NCBI GenBank assembly: GCA_903897155.1
Contig: CAIUAO010000049.1
Coordinates: 1-50,165 of the forward strand
Reading direction: 5' to 3'
DNA length: 50,165 bases
Source of the DNA: an uncultured Actinomycetes bacterium
GTDB lineage: Bacteria; Actinomycetota; Actinomycetes; Nanopelagicales; Nanopelagicaceae
This document shows, one piece after another, positions 8,275-16,425 of the stretch. The position numbers were made by a program, and so were the translations under genes. The notes below the pieces were generated by a model. The model made no database searches. It was not told where the DNA came from and was given only the letters and a program-made list of their open reading frames with translations. Numbering within the stretch: the first letter of the stretch is position 1; each line of letters opens with the position of its first letter.

Positions 8275-9009
8275 TTAAATGAATTGATGCGCCGCTAAAG
8301 CAACTAGCGGCGCAAAGATCAAGGCGGGCAATAGATCTCCAATAGATATCATCTTGATATTAAGTAATCTTAATCCAATTCCAAAGAGCATTACTCCCCC
8401 GACTGCTGTTAGAGATTGAATCTGATAAGGGCTCAAAATATTTCCAAGGAAATATCCGATAATCGTCCAGCTAAATTGATAGATGCCTACAGGGATCGCC
8501 GAGAAGGCAACTCCCCAGCCAAATGTTGAAGCAAATGCCATCGCAGCAAAGCCATCTAGAGTGCTCTTAAGCACGAGCTGTGAAATACCAGTATGCATTC
8601 CATCACTAATGCTGCCCAAAATTGCTAGAGGACCAATCGCAAAGAGAAGGGAGGCAGCCATAAAACCTTCGATAAACGATCCCTTATCTTTGCTTGCAAA
8701 GCGGGATCTAATAGTCAAGCCAAAGTTTTCTAGACGCGCTTCAATGTGTAATGAATAGCCCACGATCCCGCCCAGCACAAGTGCTGCAAGAGTTCCAAGA
8801 GTTGTCCACCCGACTGGAACGGCGTTTACAAATGAGGGCCTCCACACACTTCGCAAATTATCAGCAGCATTGATGAGAGTAATACATCCCAAGATGTCTG
8901 TAATGAGTACGCGCAGTCGATCAGGAAGCCGATTTCCACCAAGTATCCCAAGTGTAGAACCAAGAATAATCGTGCAGATATTTATGCACGTTCCAATACC
9001 AACAAACAC
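8275..9009 (-). CDS. DUF554-family integral membrane protein
   Basis: 244 aa and multi-pass hydrophobic. The N-terminus INICTIILGSTLGILGGNRLPDRL resembles the YdfK/YqgA (DUF554) family. Its GTG start overlaps the uppP stop by 1 nt (TAGTG). Confidence 0.65.
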   Translation of the reverse strand: MFVGIGTCINICTIILGSTLGILGGNRLPDRLRVLITDILGCITLINAADNLRSVWRPSFVNAVPVGWTTLGTLAALVLGGIVGYSLHIEARLENFGLTIRSRFASKDKGSFIEGFMAASLLFAIGPLAILGSISDGMHTGISQLVLKSTLDGFAAMAFASTFGWGVAFSAIPVGIYQFSWTIIGYFLGNILSPYQIQSLTAVGGVMLFGIGLRLLNIKMISIGDLLPALIFAPLVALAAHQFI

Positions 9010-9866
9010 TAGAAGCCAAACTTGATGATTGAGATCAAGCCAATCAACAAACAGTAGAAAGCAAAGGGGCGTAAAGATTGAGTCTTAAACCACCTAATTA
9101 GGACTTTGACGCTTATAAATGTGGCGAAGAATGCAACTACGGTTCCAACAAGTAGTGGCCCATAAAGTCCGCTAAGCCCACCATGCGCCAACTTAGGTAG
9201 CTTGAAAAGTGAAGCACCAAGTATTACTGGCAAGGAAAGTAGAAATGCAAAATCAGCAGCTAGCGAGCGAGAGAGGCCACGAAGCATTCCAAATGACATC
9301 GTCACGCCAAAACGGCTGATACCGGCAAAGAGTGCCGCGCTTTGGCCAACGCCGATGACCAGCGCTTGACCATTTGAAATTCGCTCAACAATCGCTACGT
9401 CAGGATCAGAAGTAGTCAGATGGACATGTCTGCGACTAGTGAGTCGTTCAGCACCAAGAAGAATAAGGCCGTTAATAAACAGAAAAATTGCCGCACTTAA
9501 AGGCTTCTGAAAGTTTTTAAGGAAAAAATCACTAAAGACAACGCCTATGAGACCAACAGGAATTGTTCCAATCAACAAGAGCATGAAGACCCTAAAACCT
9601 GGTTCATTTTTCTTCAATGTGAGAGTAGAGCGAAGAATCACGATCCAGCGAGGTGCAAATGCAATAAAAAGTGCAATAGCAGAGCCAAGATGTAACGCAA
9701 TTGCCACGAGGAAATAGGTTGGCGATTCGGAGAATGCTGCCCAGCTTCCACCAATCCACGCAGGGACAAGAACCGTATGACCCAGGCTTGAAACCGGAAA
9801 GAGTTCAGTGATCCCCTGCAATAAACCCGTAAAGACTGCTTGTAGGTATGAAAAATGAAAGATCAT
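9009..9866 (-). CDS. uppP: Undecaprenyl-diphosphate phosphatase
   Basis: 285 aa membrane protein with the UppP/BacA signature TELFPVSSLGH and a C-terminal GxSRxxxT-like block (GISRFGVTM). Confidence 0.9.
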   Translation of the reverse strand: MIFHFSYLQAVFTGLLQGITELFPVSSLGHTVLVPAWIGGSWAAFSESPTYFLVAIALHLGSAIALFIAFAPRWIVILRSTLTLKKNEPGFRVFMLLLIGTIPVGLIGVVFSDFFLKNFQKPLSAAIFLFINGLILLGAERLTSRRHVHLTTSDPDVAIVERISNGQALVIGVGQSAALFAGISRFGVTMSFGMLRGLSRSLAADFAFLLSLPVILGASLFKLPKLAHGGLSGLYGPLLVGTVVAFFATFISVKVLIRWFKTQSLRPFAFYCLLIGLISIIKFGF

Positions 9867-10666
9867 CGCGCCGCCTTTGCAAAGAATCGTTGGTCTTGCT
9901 CTATAACTTCGATTGGAATTCCATAAGCAGCTGAAAGGTTTTCAGAAGTTAACACTTCTCTCAACGTCCCAGTAGCAATGATCTTTCCTGCACCTAATAA
10001 TAGGCAGTGTGTAGTGCCTTGCGGTATCTCCTCGACGTGATGGGTGATGATTACCGTAGCAGGGCTGTGTGGATCGATGGCTAGCTGATTCAAACGGTGC
10101 AGTAAATCCTCACGCCCTCCTAGATCTAAACCCGCTGCAGGCTCATCCAAGAGCAGCAACTCTGGGTTTGGCATTAATGCTCTAGCAATCAGGGTTCTCT
10201 TCTTCTCACCTTCACTGAGTGTGCCAAAGAGACGATCCTGTAAATCTCTGACGCCTAAAACTGTTAAAAGGCTAATTGCGCGAGATTCATCCCAAAGATC
10301 ATAACTTTCATTCCAACGGCCAATAATCGCGTAAGTGGATGTCATAACAACATCGATAACTCTCTCATCATCTGGAATAGCTGCAACGAGATTGCTAGAG
10401 GTAATACCAATGCGTGGTCTTACTTCAAAGAGATCCACTTCGCCAAGTTTGGAATCCAAAACAATCACACTTCCTGAAGTTGGATGAATCGCAGCTGATG
10501 AAAGTGAGAAGAGAGTTGTCTTACCTGCTCCATTTGGGCCAAGGACAACCCAGCGCTGATCTGAATCAACGCTCCAACTAATGGGGCCAAGTATCTGTTT
10601 GCCGCCCCTGACAACGGTGGCAGCATCAAATTCAAGGACGGTGCTCACAGTGCTCAGAGTACTCAA
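9863..10666 (-). CDS. ABC transporter ATP-binding protein with no permease partner in the operon (ModF/YlmA-like)
   Basis: It has Walker A (GPNGAGKTT), the ABC signature (LSEGEKKR), Walker B (LLLLDEP) and an H-loop (THH). It overlaps the uppP start by 4 nt. The start is uncertain: TTG at 10666 or GTG at 10648, neither with a clear SD. Confidence 0.85.
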   Translation of the reverse strand: MSTLSTVSTVLEFDAATVVRGGKQILGPISWSVDSDQRWVVLGPNGAGKTTLFSLSSAAIHPTSGSVIVLDSKLGEVDLFEVRPRIGITSSNLVAAIPDDERVIDVVMTSTYAIIGRWNESYDLWDESRAISLLTVLGVRDLQDRLFGTLSEGEKKRTLIARALMPNPELLLLDEPAAGLDLGGREDLLHRLNQLAIDPHSPATVIITHHVEEIPQGTTHCLLLGAGKIIATGTLREVLTSENLSAAYGIPIEVIEQDQRFFAKAAR

Positions 10667-10703
10667 GGGAGGAAAAAATACACGTAATGACTTCCAGACA
10701 GGC

Positions 10704-10709
10704 TAATGT
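10704..10709 (+). promoter_or_regulatory. -10-like hexamer TAATGT, 6 nt upstream of the GTG at 10716 (predicted leaderless start)
   Basis: The plus strand reads TAATGT-cgcctt-GTG with no SD. Confidence 0.4.
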
Positions 10710-10715
10710 CGCCTT

Positions 10716-10991
10716 GTGAACGCTACTAATCCAGAATTTACGGGACTTATTTTATTGGCTAGCCAAGATAAGCCAGAGGCTCCGCAGGAGCTCTTGGATG
10801 TCTTATCCCCATTTGTTATAACAATTATCGATGTTCAAAAGATTCAAGTCAGGGGCCGGTTGATTATGACCGTTCTTTTTGGGCTAGACCCGGCTCATGC
10901 GGATGCAATTGAATCTGATTTAATGAAATTCGGTGATGAGCGTGGATATGACGTTGCAGTTGATTTTGCCATAGAGGGTGAAACTAAATAA
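10716..10991 (+). CDS. Stand-alone ACT-like domain protein (homologous to the N-terminal regulatory domain of mycobacterial SerB2)
   Basis: 91 aa. The segment IIDVQKIQVRGRLIMTVLFGLDP matches the LNVEQVVIR-RLTLGVLV core of the SerB2 ACT1 domain as I remember it. Its stop overlaps the serB start (TAATG at 10989-10993). Confidence 0.6.
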   Translation: MNATNPEFTGLILLASQDKPEAPQELLDVLSPFVITIIDVQKIQVRGRLIMTVLFGLDPAHADAIESDLMKFGDERGYDVAVDFAIEGETK

Positions 10992-11665
10992 TGGATACTG
11001 AACAAAAGAAGCGTTTAGTTGTCCTTGATATGGACTCAACATTTATCCAGCAAGAGGTCATCGACCTCATTGCCAGAGCGGCAGGAGTTGGTGAGCAAGT
11101 AGCACAAATTACCGAGCGTGCAATGCGTGGTGAAATTGATTTCAAGCAGTCACTTTCTGAGAGAGTGAAACTTCTTAAAGACTTGCCCGTAGAAACACTT
11201 GAAAAAGTCCGCGAGGAAATTGATTTATCCCAAGGCGCAGAACGTATGGTCAAAGTATTGCAAGCCCTTGGCCATAAAGTTGCAATTGTTTCAGGCGGAT
11301 TTGAAGATGTCATAGGGCCTCTTCTTAAAAAGGTAGGGGTTGATTTTTACCGGGCAAACTCATTGGAAACTTATGAAGGAAAGCTCACAGGGGTAACTCA
11401 GGGGCCAGTAATCGATAGAAAAGCAAAGGCAGATGCGCTCAAGGAATTTGCCGCTCAATGTGGTGTCCCTCTAGCTCAAACAGTCGCCGTGGGTGATGGA
11501 GCGAACGATTTAGACATGATGGCGCTGTCTGGTTTAAGTATCGCATTTAATGCAAAACCGCTCGTGCAAGCGGCAGCAAAGGCAGCAATTACAGATGGTA
11601 ACTTGGAAAATGTACTTTTCCTGATGGGCATTACTCAAGAAGAAATTGACAGTACTGGTCTATAA
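10991..11665 (+). CDS. serB: Phosphoserine phosphatase (HAD superfamily, catalytic domain only)
   Basis: 224 aa with HAD motif I (VLDMDSTFI), motif II (IVSGGF) and motif III/IV (K...GDGANDLDM). Confidence 0.9.
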   Translation: MDTEQKKRLVVLDMDSTFIQQEVIDLIARAAGVGEQVAQITERAMRGEIDFKQSLSERVKLLKDLPVETLEKVREEIDLSQGAERMVKVLQALGHKVAIVSGGFEDVIGPLLKKVGVDFYRANSLETYEGKLTGVTQGPVIDRKAKADALKEFAAQCGVPLAQTVAVGDGANDLDMMALSGLSIAFNAKPLVQAAAKAAITDGNLENVLFLMGITQEEIDSTGL

Positions 11666-12508
11666 ACGACAAGCGTGGATATCTGTTACCAGAATTCCGC
11701 GAGCTCCGACTTTCCATAAGCTATCCATAATTTGATTGATTTCTTTTCTTTTCACCATCGCTCTGACTGCATTCCAATCACTTTTCTGCAGTGGAGAAAT
11801 TGTTGGTGATTCAATTCCAGGTGTCAGGGCGCACGCTGCTTCTAGATTCTCTTTTTTGACATCATAATCAACCAAAACATATTGGCGGGCAATGACTACG
11901 CCCTGCAATCTACGGAGTAAAGTTTCAACAGAATCAGAACGTTTTTGCCCCGGGCGTTCAATTAATATCGCTTCACTCTCCAAAATAACATCACCAAAAG
12001 TTGCAAGTCCTGCTTGGCGAAGTGTCCCCCCGGTTGAAACGACATCGGCAATTGCATCTGCTACACCCAACCTAACCGAGCTCTCTACAGCGCCATCTAA
12101 TCGGACTACTTCAGCCTTCACACCGAGTTTTGCAAGATATGTTGAAACTAATCCTGGATAGGCAGTCGCTATTCGCTTACCATTGAGATCACTTTCTTTA
12201 AAATTCTTCCCATGTGCGGCTGCAAACCTAAATGTACTTTTGCCAAAATCTAAAGCTAAGAATTCTTCTGATTTTGCTCCACTATCCAGGAGAAGATCTC
12301 GGCCCGTAATACCAACCTCTAACTCTCCTGAGGCTACATACAAAGCAATATCGCGTGGCCTTAAGTAATAGAACTCGACTTCATTATCGTTATCGATAAG
12401 TGTTAAGTCGCGCGGATCTGTTCGTTGGCGATAGCCAGCCTCTTTAAGCATCGCAATCGCATCTTCAGACAGTGAGCCCTTATTCGGGATAGCAACCTTA
12501 AGCATCAA
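11660..12508 (-). CDS. hisG: ATP phosphoribosyltransferase (long form)
   Basis: 282 aa. MLKVAIPNKGSLSEDAIAMLKEAGY... closely resembles actinobacterial long-form HisG, including the C-terminal regulatory domain. Confidence 0.95.
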   Translation of the reverse strand: MMLKVAIPNKGSLSEDAIAMLKEAGYRQRTDPRDLTLIDNDNEVEFYYLRPRDIALYVASGELEVGITGRDLLLDSGAKSEEFLALDFGKSTFRFAAAHGKNFKESDLNGKRIATAYPGLVSTYLAKLGVKAEVVRLDGAVESSVRLGVADAIADVVSTGGTLRQAGLATFGDVILESEAILIERPGQKRSDSVETLLRRLQGVVIARQYVLVDYDVKKENLEAACALTPGIESPTISPLQKSDWNAVRAMVKRKEINQIMDSLWKVGARGILVTDIHACRL

Positions 12509-12534
12509 GCACCAAGCCTTCTTGTTGGAGTAAT

Positions 12535-12798
12535 TTATAGAACCTTATAAATATCTTCAGGGGTTAGCCCTCTTGCTAGCATTAAAACTTGTAAGCGATA
12601 GATGAGTTGTGAAATTTCAAGTGCTAGCGCCTCATCGCTTTCATGCTCCCCTGCAAGCCAGACTTCCCCGGCTTCTTCGATAATCTTTTTGCCCATTGCA
12701 TGAATACCCGCATCAAGTGAATCAACAGTAGATGAGCCCGCAGGCCTGCTCTTCTCAATTTCTTTTAGTTCCAGCCAAAGTTGATCAAAAGATTTCAT
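12535..12798 (-). CDS. hisE: Phosphoribosyl-ATP pyrophosphatase
   Basis: 87 aa MazG-like helical protein (FDQLWLEL...[13 protein letters not shown]...[13 protein letters not shown]). It lies immediately upstream of hisG, as in other actinobacteria. Confidence 0.9.
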   Translation of the reverse strand: MKSFDQLWLELKEIEKSRPAGSSTVDSLDAGIHAMGKKIIEEAGEVWLAGEHESDEALALEISQLIYRLQVLMLARGLTPEDIYKVL

Positions 12799-12804
12799 AG
12801 GTAA

Positions 12805-12810
12805 ATTGTA
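12805..12810 (-). promoter_or_regulatory. -10-like hexamer TACAAT, 6 nt upstream of the hisE ATG (predicted leaderless hisEG transcript)
   Basis: The minus strand reads TACAAT-ttacct-ATG with no SD. Confidence 0.45.
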
Positions 12811-12838
12811 ATTGAGTAGGCAGTGAGTTGGCGGCTAA

Positions 12839-13501
12839 TTAATGTGATGCGGCATGGCGCAGAGAGGTAATCATCTCTTGCGGGCTATTTGCTCGATAAA
12901 TCGTGCTTCCTGCCACAAATGTGTCTGCTCCAGCATCAGCAGCAAGAATGATTGTTTCTAGAGTGATACCGCCATCCACTTGAAGCCACGGCCTTTCACC
13001 ATCTAAAGCAAGTATTGCCTCATGTGCCTGCTTGACCTTCGACAACTGATCGTTCATGAATGACTGTCCGCCAAAACCAGGTTCTACAGTCATCACTAAA
13101 AGCATGTCGACATAGGAAAGAAGGTGGGAAACTTCGCTCAGCGCTGTCTTTGGCTTAATTGCAATACCAGCCCGAACGCCTAAATCCTTAATAGCGTTAA
13201 TTGTATCTACTGGCGATTTACTCGCCTCAAAATGAAATGTGACACTAGCACTCCCGGCAGCAGCATAATCAACTGCAAGCTCATCTGGGTTGTGAATCAT
13301 TAAATGTGTATCTACCGGTATTTGTGAATAAGAGATTATTTCTTTAGTCTGATGAAAGCTAAAAGTTTGGTTTGGTACAAAAATATTATCCATAATGTCA
13401 AGATGGAGAAGATCAGCTGAAGACACTCTGTCTATCTCAGAATTTAGATGAGCGTGGTCAGCATTTAGAATACTGGGGCAAATCCTCACTACCTTACTCA
13501 T
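12839..13501 (-). CDS. rpe: Ribulose-phosphate 3-epimerase
   Basis: 220 aa with PSILNAD, HLDIMD, a MTVEPGFGGQ block and VDGGI. Confidence 0.95.
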   Translation of the reverse strand: MSKVVRICPSILNADHAHLNSEIDRVSSADLLHLDIMDNIFVPNQTFSFHQTKEIISYSQIPVDTHLMIHNPDELAVDYAAAGSASVTFHFEASKSPVDTINAIKDLGVRAGIAIKPKTALSEVSHLLSYVDMLLVMTVEPGFGGQSFMNDQLSKVKQAHEAILALDGERPWLQVDGGITLETIILAADAGADTFVAGSTIYRANSPQEMITSLRHAASH

Positions 13502-13529
13502 GTTCTAACCTTATGGGATTCCTAGCCAA

Positions 13530-14891
13530 TTACTGTTTCTTTCTCAACAATGACATGAACATAGAATCAGATTCATTTTGGTGGGTCCAGAGCTGAATAG
13601 AGCCATCTGGGGTCACAACAGAGCTTGGGACTTGGGTAGGTAAGAATTCTTTAACGGGAAGTAGCTCCATCTCACCATGCCGGCGTAATGCATCTACAAC
13701 TTGAATCTTAGTTTCAAATAAATGAGGAGAACACGTTACGTAAGCAAGTATTCCTCCAGGATTTAGGATGCTTACCGCCGAATCAAGCAACTCTTTTTGA
13801 ATAAGCACTAGCTCTTTGAGATCTACTGCTGTGCGCCGCCAGCGTGCTTCTGGACGCCTTCTTAGAGCTCCGAGGCCAGTGCATGGGGCATCGATAATTA
13901 TCCGGTCGTAAGTTTTACCCAACGCAGGAAGGTCCTGCCCTCTGTACATAATCACATGTTCTTCAGGAATAACATGAGAAACAAGTCGAGCGCGATGTTC
14001 ACTTGGCTCATTGGCTGTAAAGAGATCCGCAGGGCGATCAACATGAAGCATGTTGTAAAGAGCAGATGCTTTCCCGCCTGGGCCAGCACACATATCTAGC
14101 CACGAAAGTGTTGCGGGCTCTGTCGCTGTATTTCTAAATATTTCTGCAACCCATTGTGAGCCGCGATCTTGCACACCCGCTCGTCTCTCTCTAATTGCTT
14201 TATATAGACCAGGCATTTGAAGAGCGGTTGCACCAAATTGTGTTCCGGATAACTCAGTTGCTCCTTCATCAAGGAGTTCATCGACAGTAGATTTACCCGG
14301 CCAGGCAATCAAATTTGGCTGCGCTGGCAGATTATCTGCAGCAAGTAACTTCTCCACCTCGTGCCAATCCCCTAAACCATCATAAAAAGAGCGAACAATC
14401 CACTCTGGATGCGAATAGATAACTGAAAGTGCTTTAGCCGGGTCTTCTGACTTTAGGTTTTCATATTTCTCATAAAACTGCTGATCCGCAGATGCTGCGC
14501 GCAATATCGCGTTTATAAAGCTACCTTTGGACTCCCCCAGTACAGCACGTGCAATTTCAACACTCTCACTTACCGCAGCGTGGTCTGAAACTCTCATCTC
14601 AAATAGTTGGTGAATACCCATTCGCAGGCAATCAACAACGCCCGAGTCTAATTCATTAAATGGTCTATCTGCTTTCGCTTCAATAAGTACATCGTGCTTA
14701 CCTTGCATTCTTAGAGTTCCATAAGCGAGTTCAGTTGCAAATGCACGATCTCTCTCTTCTAAATTTGATGCCTGCAATAACTCCGGTAGTCGCAAATTCG
14801 CATATGCGCCTTCGCGGTTAACTTGAGTGAGCAGTGTAAAAACCAATAAACGAGCCGGATCTGGCTTTGGTTTATGACCCGCATTTGCCAT
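13530..14891 (-). CDS. rsmB: 16S rRNA (cytosine967-C5)-methyltransferase (NusB-like N-domain plus SAM MTase)
   Basis: 453 aa with SAM-binding DMCAGPGGK, the catalytic DAPCTGLGALRRRPE, and TCS. It sits downstream of fmt, the canonical position. Confidence 0.9.
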   Translation of the reverse strand: MANAGHKPKPDPARLLVFTLLTQVNREGAYANLRLPELLQASNLEERDRAFATELAYGTLRMQGKHDVLIEAKADRPFNELDSGVVDCLRMGIHQLFEMRVSDHAAVSESVEIARAVLGESKGSFINAILRAASADQQFYEKYENLKSEDPAKALSVIYSHPEWIVRSFYDGLGDWHEVEKLLAADNLPAQPNLIAWPGKSTVDELLDEGATELSGTQFGATALQMPGLYKAIRERRAGVQDRGSQWVAEIFRNTATEPATLSWLDMCAGPGGKASALYNMLHVDRPADLFTANEPSEHRARLVSHVIPEEHVIMYRGQDLPALGKTYDRIIIDAPCTGLGALRRRPEARWRRTAVDLKELVLIQKELLDSAVSILNPGGILAYVTCSPHLFETKIQVVDALRRHGEMELLPVKEFLPTQVPSSVVTPDGSIQLWTHQNESDSMFMSLLRKKQ

Positions 14892-14897
14892 TATTTG

Positions 14898-15818
14898 CTA
14901 TTCAAATCTATCTTCAGCAGTTAGTCTGGCGCCTCGAGCAAAATCAGCACCACTCATACGTTTTTTACCAGCAGGGGTAATTGAATCAATGCTCAAAGTG
15001 CTATCGCCACAGCGGACAAGTAGGTTGTCATCAAAGAGGCCAACACTTCCAGGTTTCTTTAAATCATTGGGAGACAAATTTTCAGTTAGTTGATGGATAG
15101 CTATTCGCTCGCCCTTAAAGTTGCACCATGTTCCGGGGCGAACTGAAAGTGCGCGTGAAAGCCTAAGAATTTGGTCAGCTCCTTGATCCCAACGAATCTG
15201 TGCCATCTCTTTAGTGATTTTAGGAGCCAGACTCACTCCAGTAAGAGGCTGCGCTTTAGGTTTAACACCTTTCATTATTTCAGCAATTACATCAAGAATT
15301 CTCTTGCTGGCCAATTCGCTCATGGATTCAAGTAAAGATTCTGTTGTATCTGTGGGGGAAATTTGGACTTCTTCTTGGTAATACACGGGTCCAGTATCGA
15401 CACCTTTATCCAATTTAAATATAGATATTCCTGTACTGCTTTCACCTTCAAGGAGGGACCATTGAACAGGCGCGGCTCCTCTCCATTTTGGAAGCATAGA
15501 GAAATGAACATTGAGCCAACCAAAACGTGGGCCATGCAAAAGTTCAACAGGGATCATTCGTCCATATGACGCTGTAACAATCATCTGTGGTTGGGCGCTG
15601 AGTAAATGTTGGTTGAGCGAGGGTGTATCCCCAGGCTTTGCAACGGTTAGCCCTTTCTCATCTGCCCAGTCGGCAAGTTCAGTCTGTTTGAAAGTCTGTC
15701 CTCTCCCTGCTTTTTGATCAGGAGTTGTGATGACAGAGGCAAGACTGTGTGTAGAGCCAATAATTGCTTCGATCAACGGTCTAGCGATGAGGGAAGATGA
15801 TGCCACTGAAATCTGCAC
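14898..15818 (-). CDS. fmt: Methionyl-tRNA formyltransferase
   Basis: 306 aa with TPDQKAGRG, LNVHFSMLPKWRGAAPVQ and a C-terminal tRNA-binding domain. It has a GTG start and a divergent N-terminus (SSSLIA instead of GTPxFA). Confidence 0.9.
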   Translation of the reverse strand: MQISVASSSLIARPLIEAIIGSTHSLASVITTPDQKAGRGQTFKQTELADWADEKGLTVAKPGDTPSLNQHLLSAQPQMIVTASYGRMIPVELLHGPRFGWLNVHFSMLPKWRGAAPVQWSLLEGESSTGISIFKLDKGVDTGPVYYQEEVQISPTDTTESLLESMSELASKRILDVIAEIMKGVKPKAQPLTGVSLAPKITKEMAQIRWDQGADQILRLSRALSVRPGTWCNFKGERIAIHQLTENLSPNDLKKPGSVGLFDDNLLVRCGDSTLSIDSITPAGKKRMSGADFARGARLTAEDRFE

Positions 15819-15823
15819 GTCGC

Positions 15824-16384
15824 CTATATTCCTAGGCCGCGAGTTGAATGTGGTGAAACTTTAATAAGTGGTGACTGCCCCGCAGCAGTAGCGCTACCAA
15901 ACCACTCACTTTCGCGAATCTCTTTCATTGCAGCCTTGCGGAGTTCAGCTGAAAGGCGATCAATGAAAACAATTCCATCAAGATGATCAGTCTCGTGCTG
16001 AATTGCGCGTGCCAAAAAGTCTGATCCTTCGATTGTTACTGGCTCGCCATGCATATTAAATCCCTTTGCAACAACACGCATAGACCTTGAAGTCTCATAT
16101 CGAATCTCAGGAAATGAAAGACAGCCTTCTTCTCCGTCTTGCAGTTCATCACTCAAATCAAGTGTGGGGTTCACAAGGTGGCCAAGTTCATCATCAACAT
16201 CCCAAACAAAAACACGAAGTGCCACACCAATTTGAGGAGCAGCAAGACCAGCTCCAGGAGCATTTTTCATTGTTTCAGTTAAATCAGAGACTAAAGTGCG
16301 CAACTCTTTGTCGAAGACTTCAACTGGAGAAGCCTTCGTCGTCAGGACGGGATCGCCGAAGAGACGAATAGATTGAATTGCCAT
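15824..16384 (-). CDS. def: Peptide deformylase
   Basis: All three PDF motifs are present: GAGLAAPQIG, EGCLSFP and HETDHLDG. Confidence 0.95.
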   Translation of the reverse strand: MAIQSIRLFGDPVLTTKASPVEVFDKELRTLVSDLTETMKNAPGAGLAAPQIGVALRVFVWDVDDELGHLVNPTLDLSDELQDGEEGCLSFPEIRYETSRSMRVVAKGFNMHGEPVTIEGSDFLARAIQHETDHLDGIVFIDRLSAELRKAAMKEIRESEWFGSATAAGQSPLIKVSPHSTRGLGI

Positions 16385-16390
16385 GTGAGT

Positions 16391-16396
16391 ATTCTA
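16391..16396 (-). promoter_or_regulatory. -10-like hexamer TAGAAT, 6 nt upstream of the def ATG (predicted leaderless def-fmt-rsmB-rpe transcript)
   Basis: The minus strand reads TAGAAT-actcac-ATG with no SD. Confidence 0.45.
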
Positions 16397-16425
16397 TCTA
16401 AAGAACTACTCCTGCTACGCCACCT

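Noticed and set aside
10687-10719. A 10-codon mini-ORF (MTSRQANVAL) in the divergent region. Its TGA overlaps the GTG start of the ACT-domain gene.
   Set aside because: The GGGAGG upstream is 14 nt away, which is too far. The predicted -10 (TAATGT) for the leaderless ACT transcript lies inside the mini-ORF, so it would not be on that mRNA. There is nothing to indicate a leader-peptide function.
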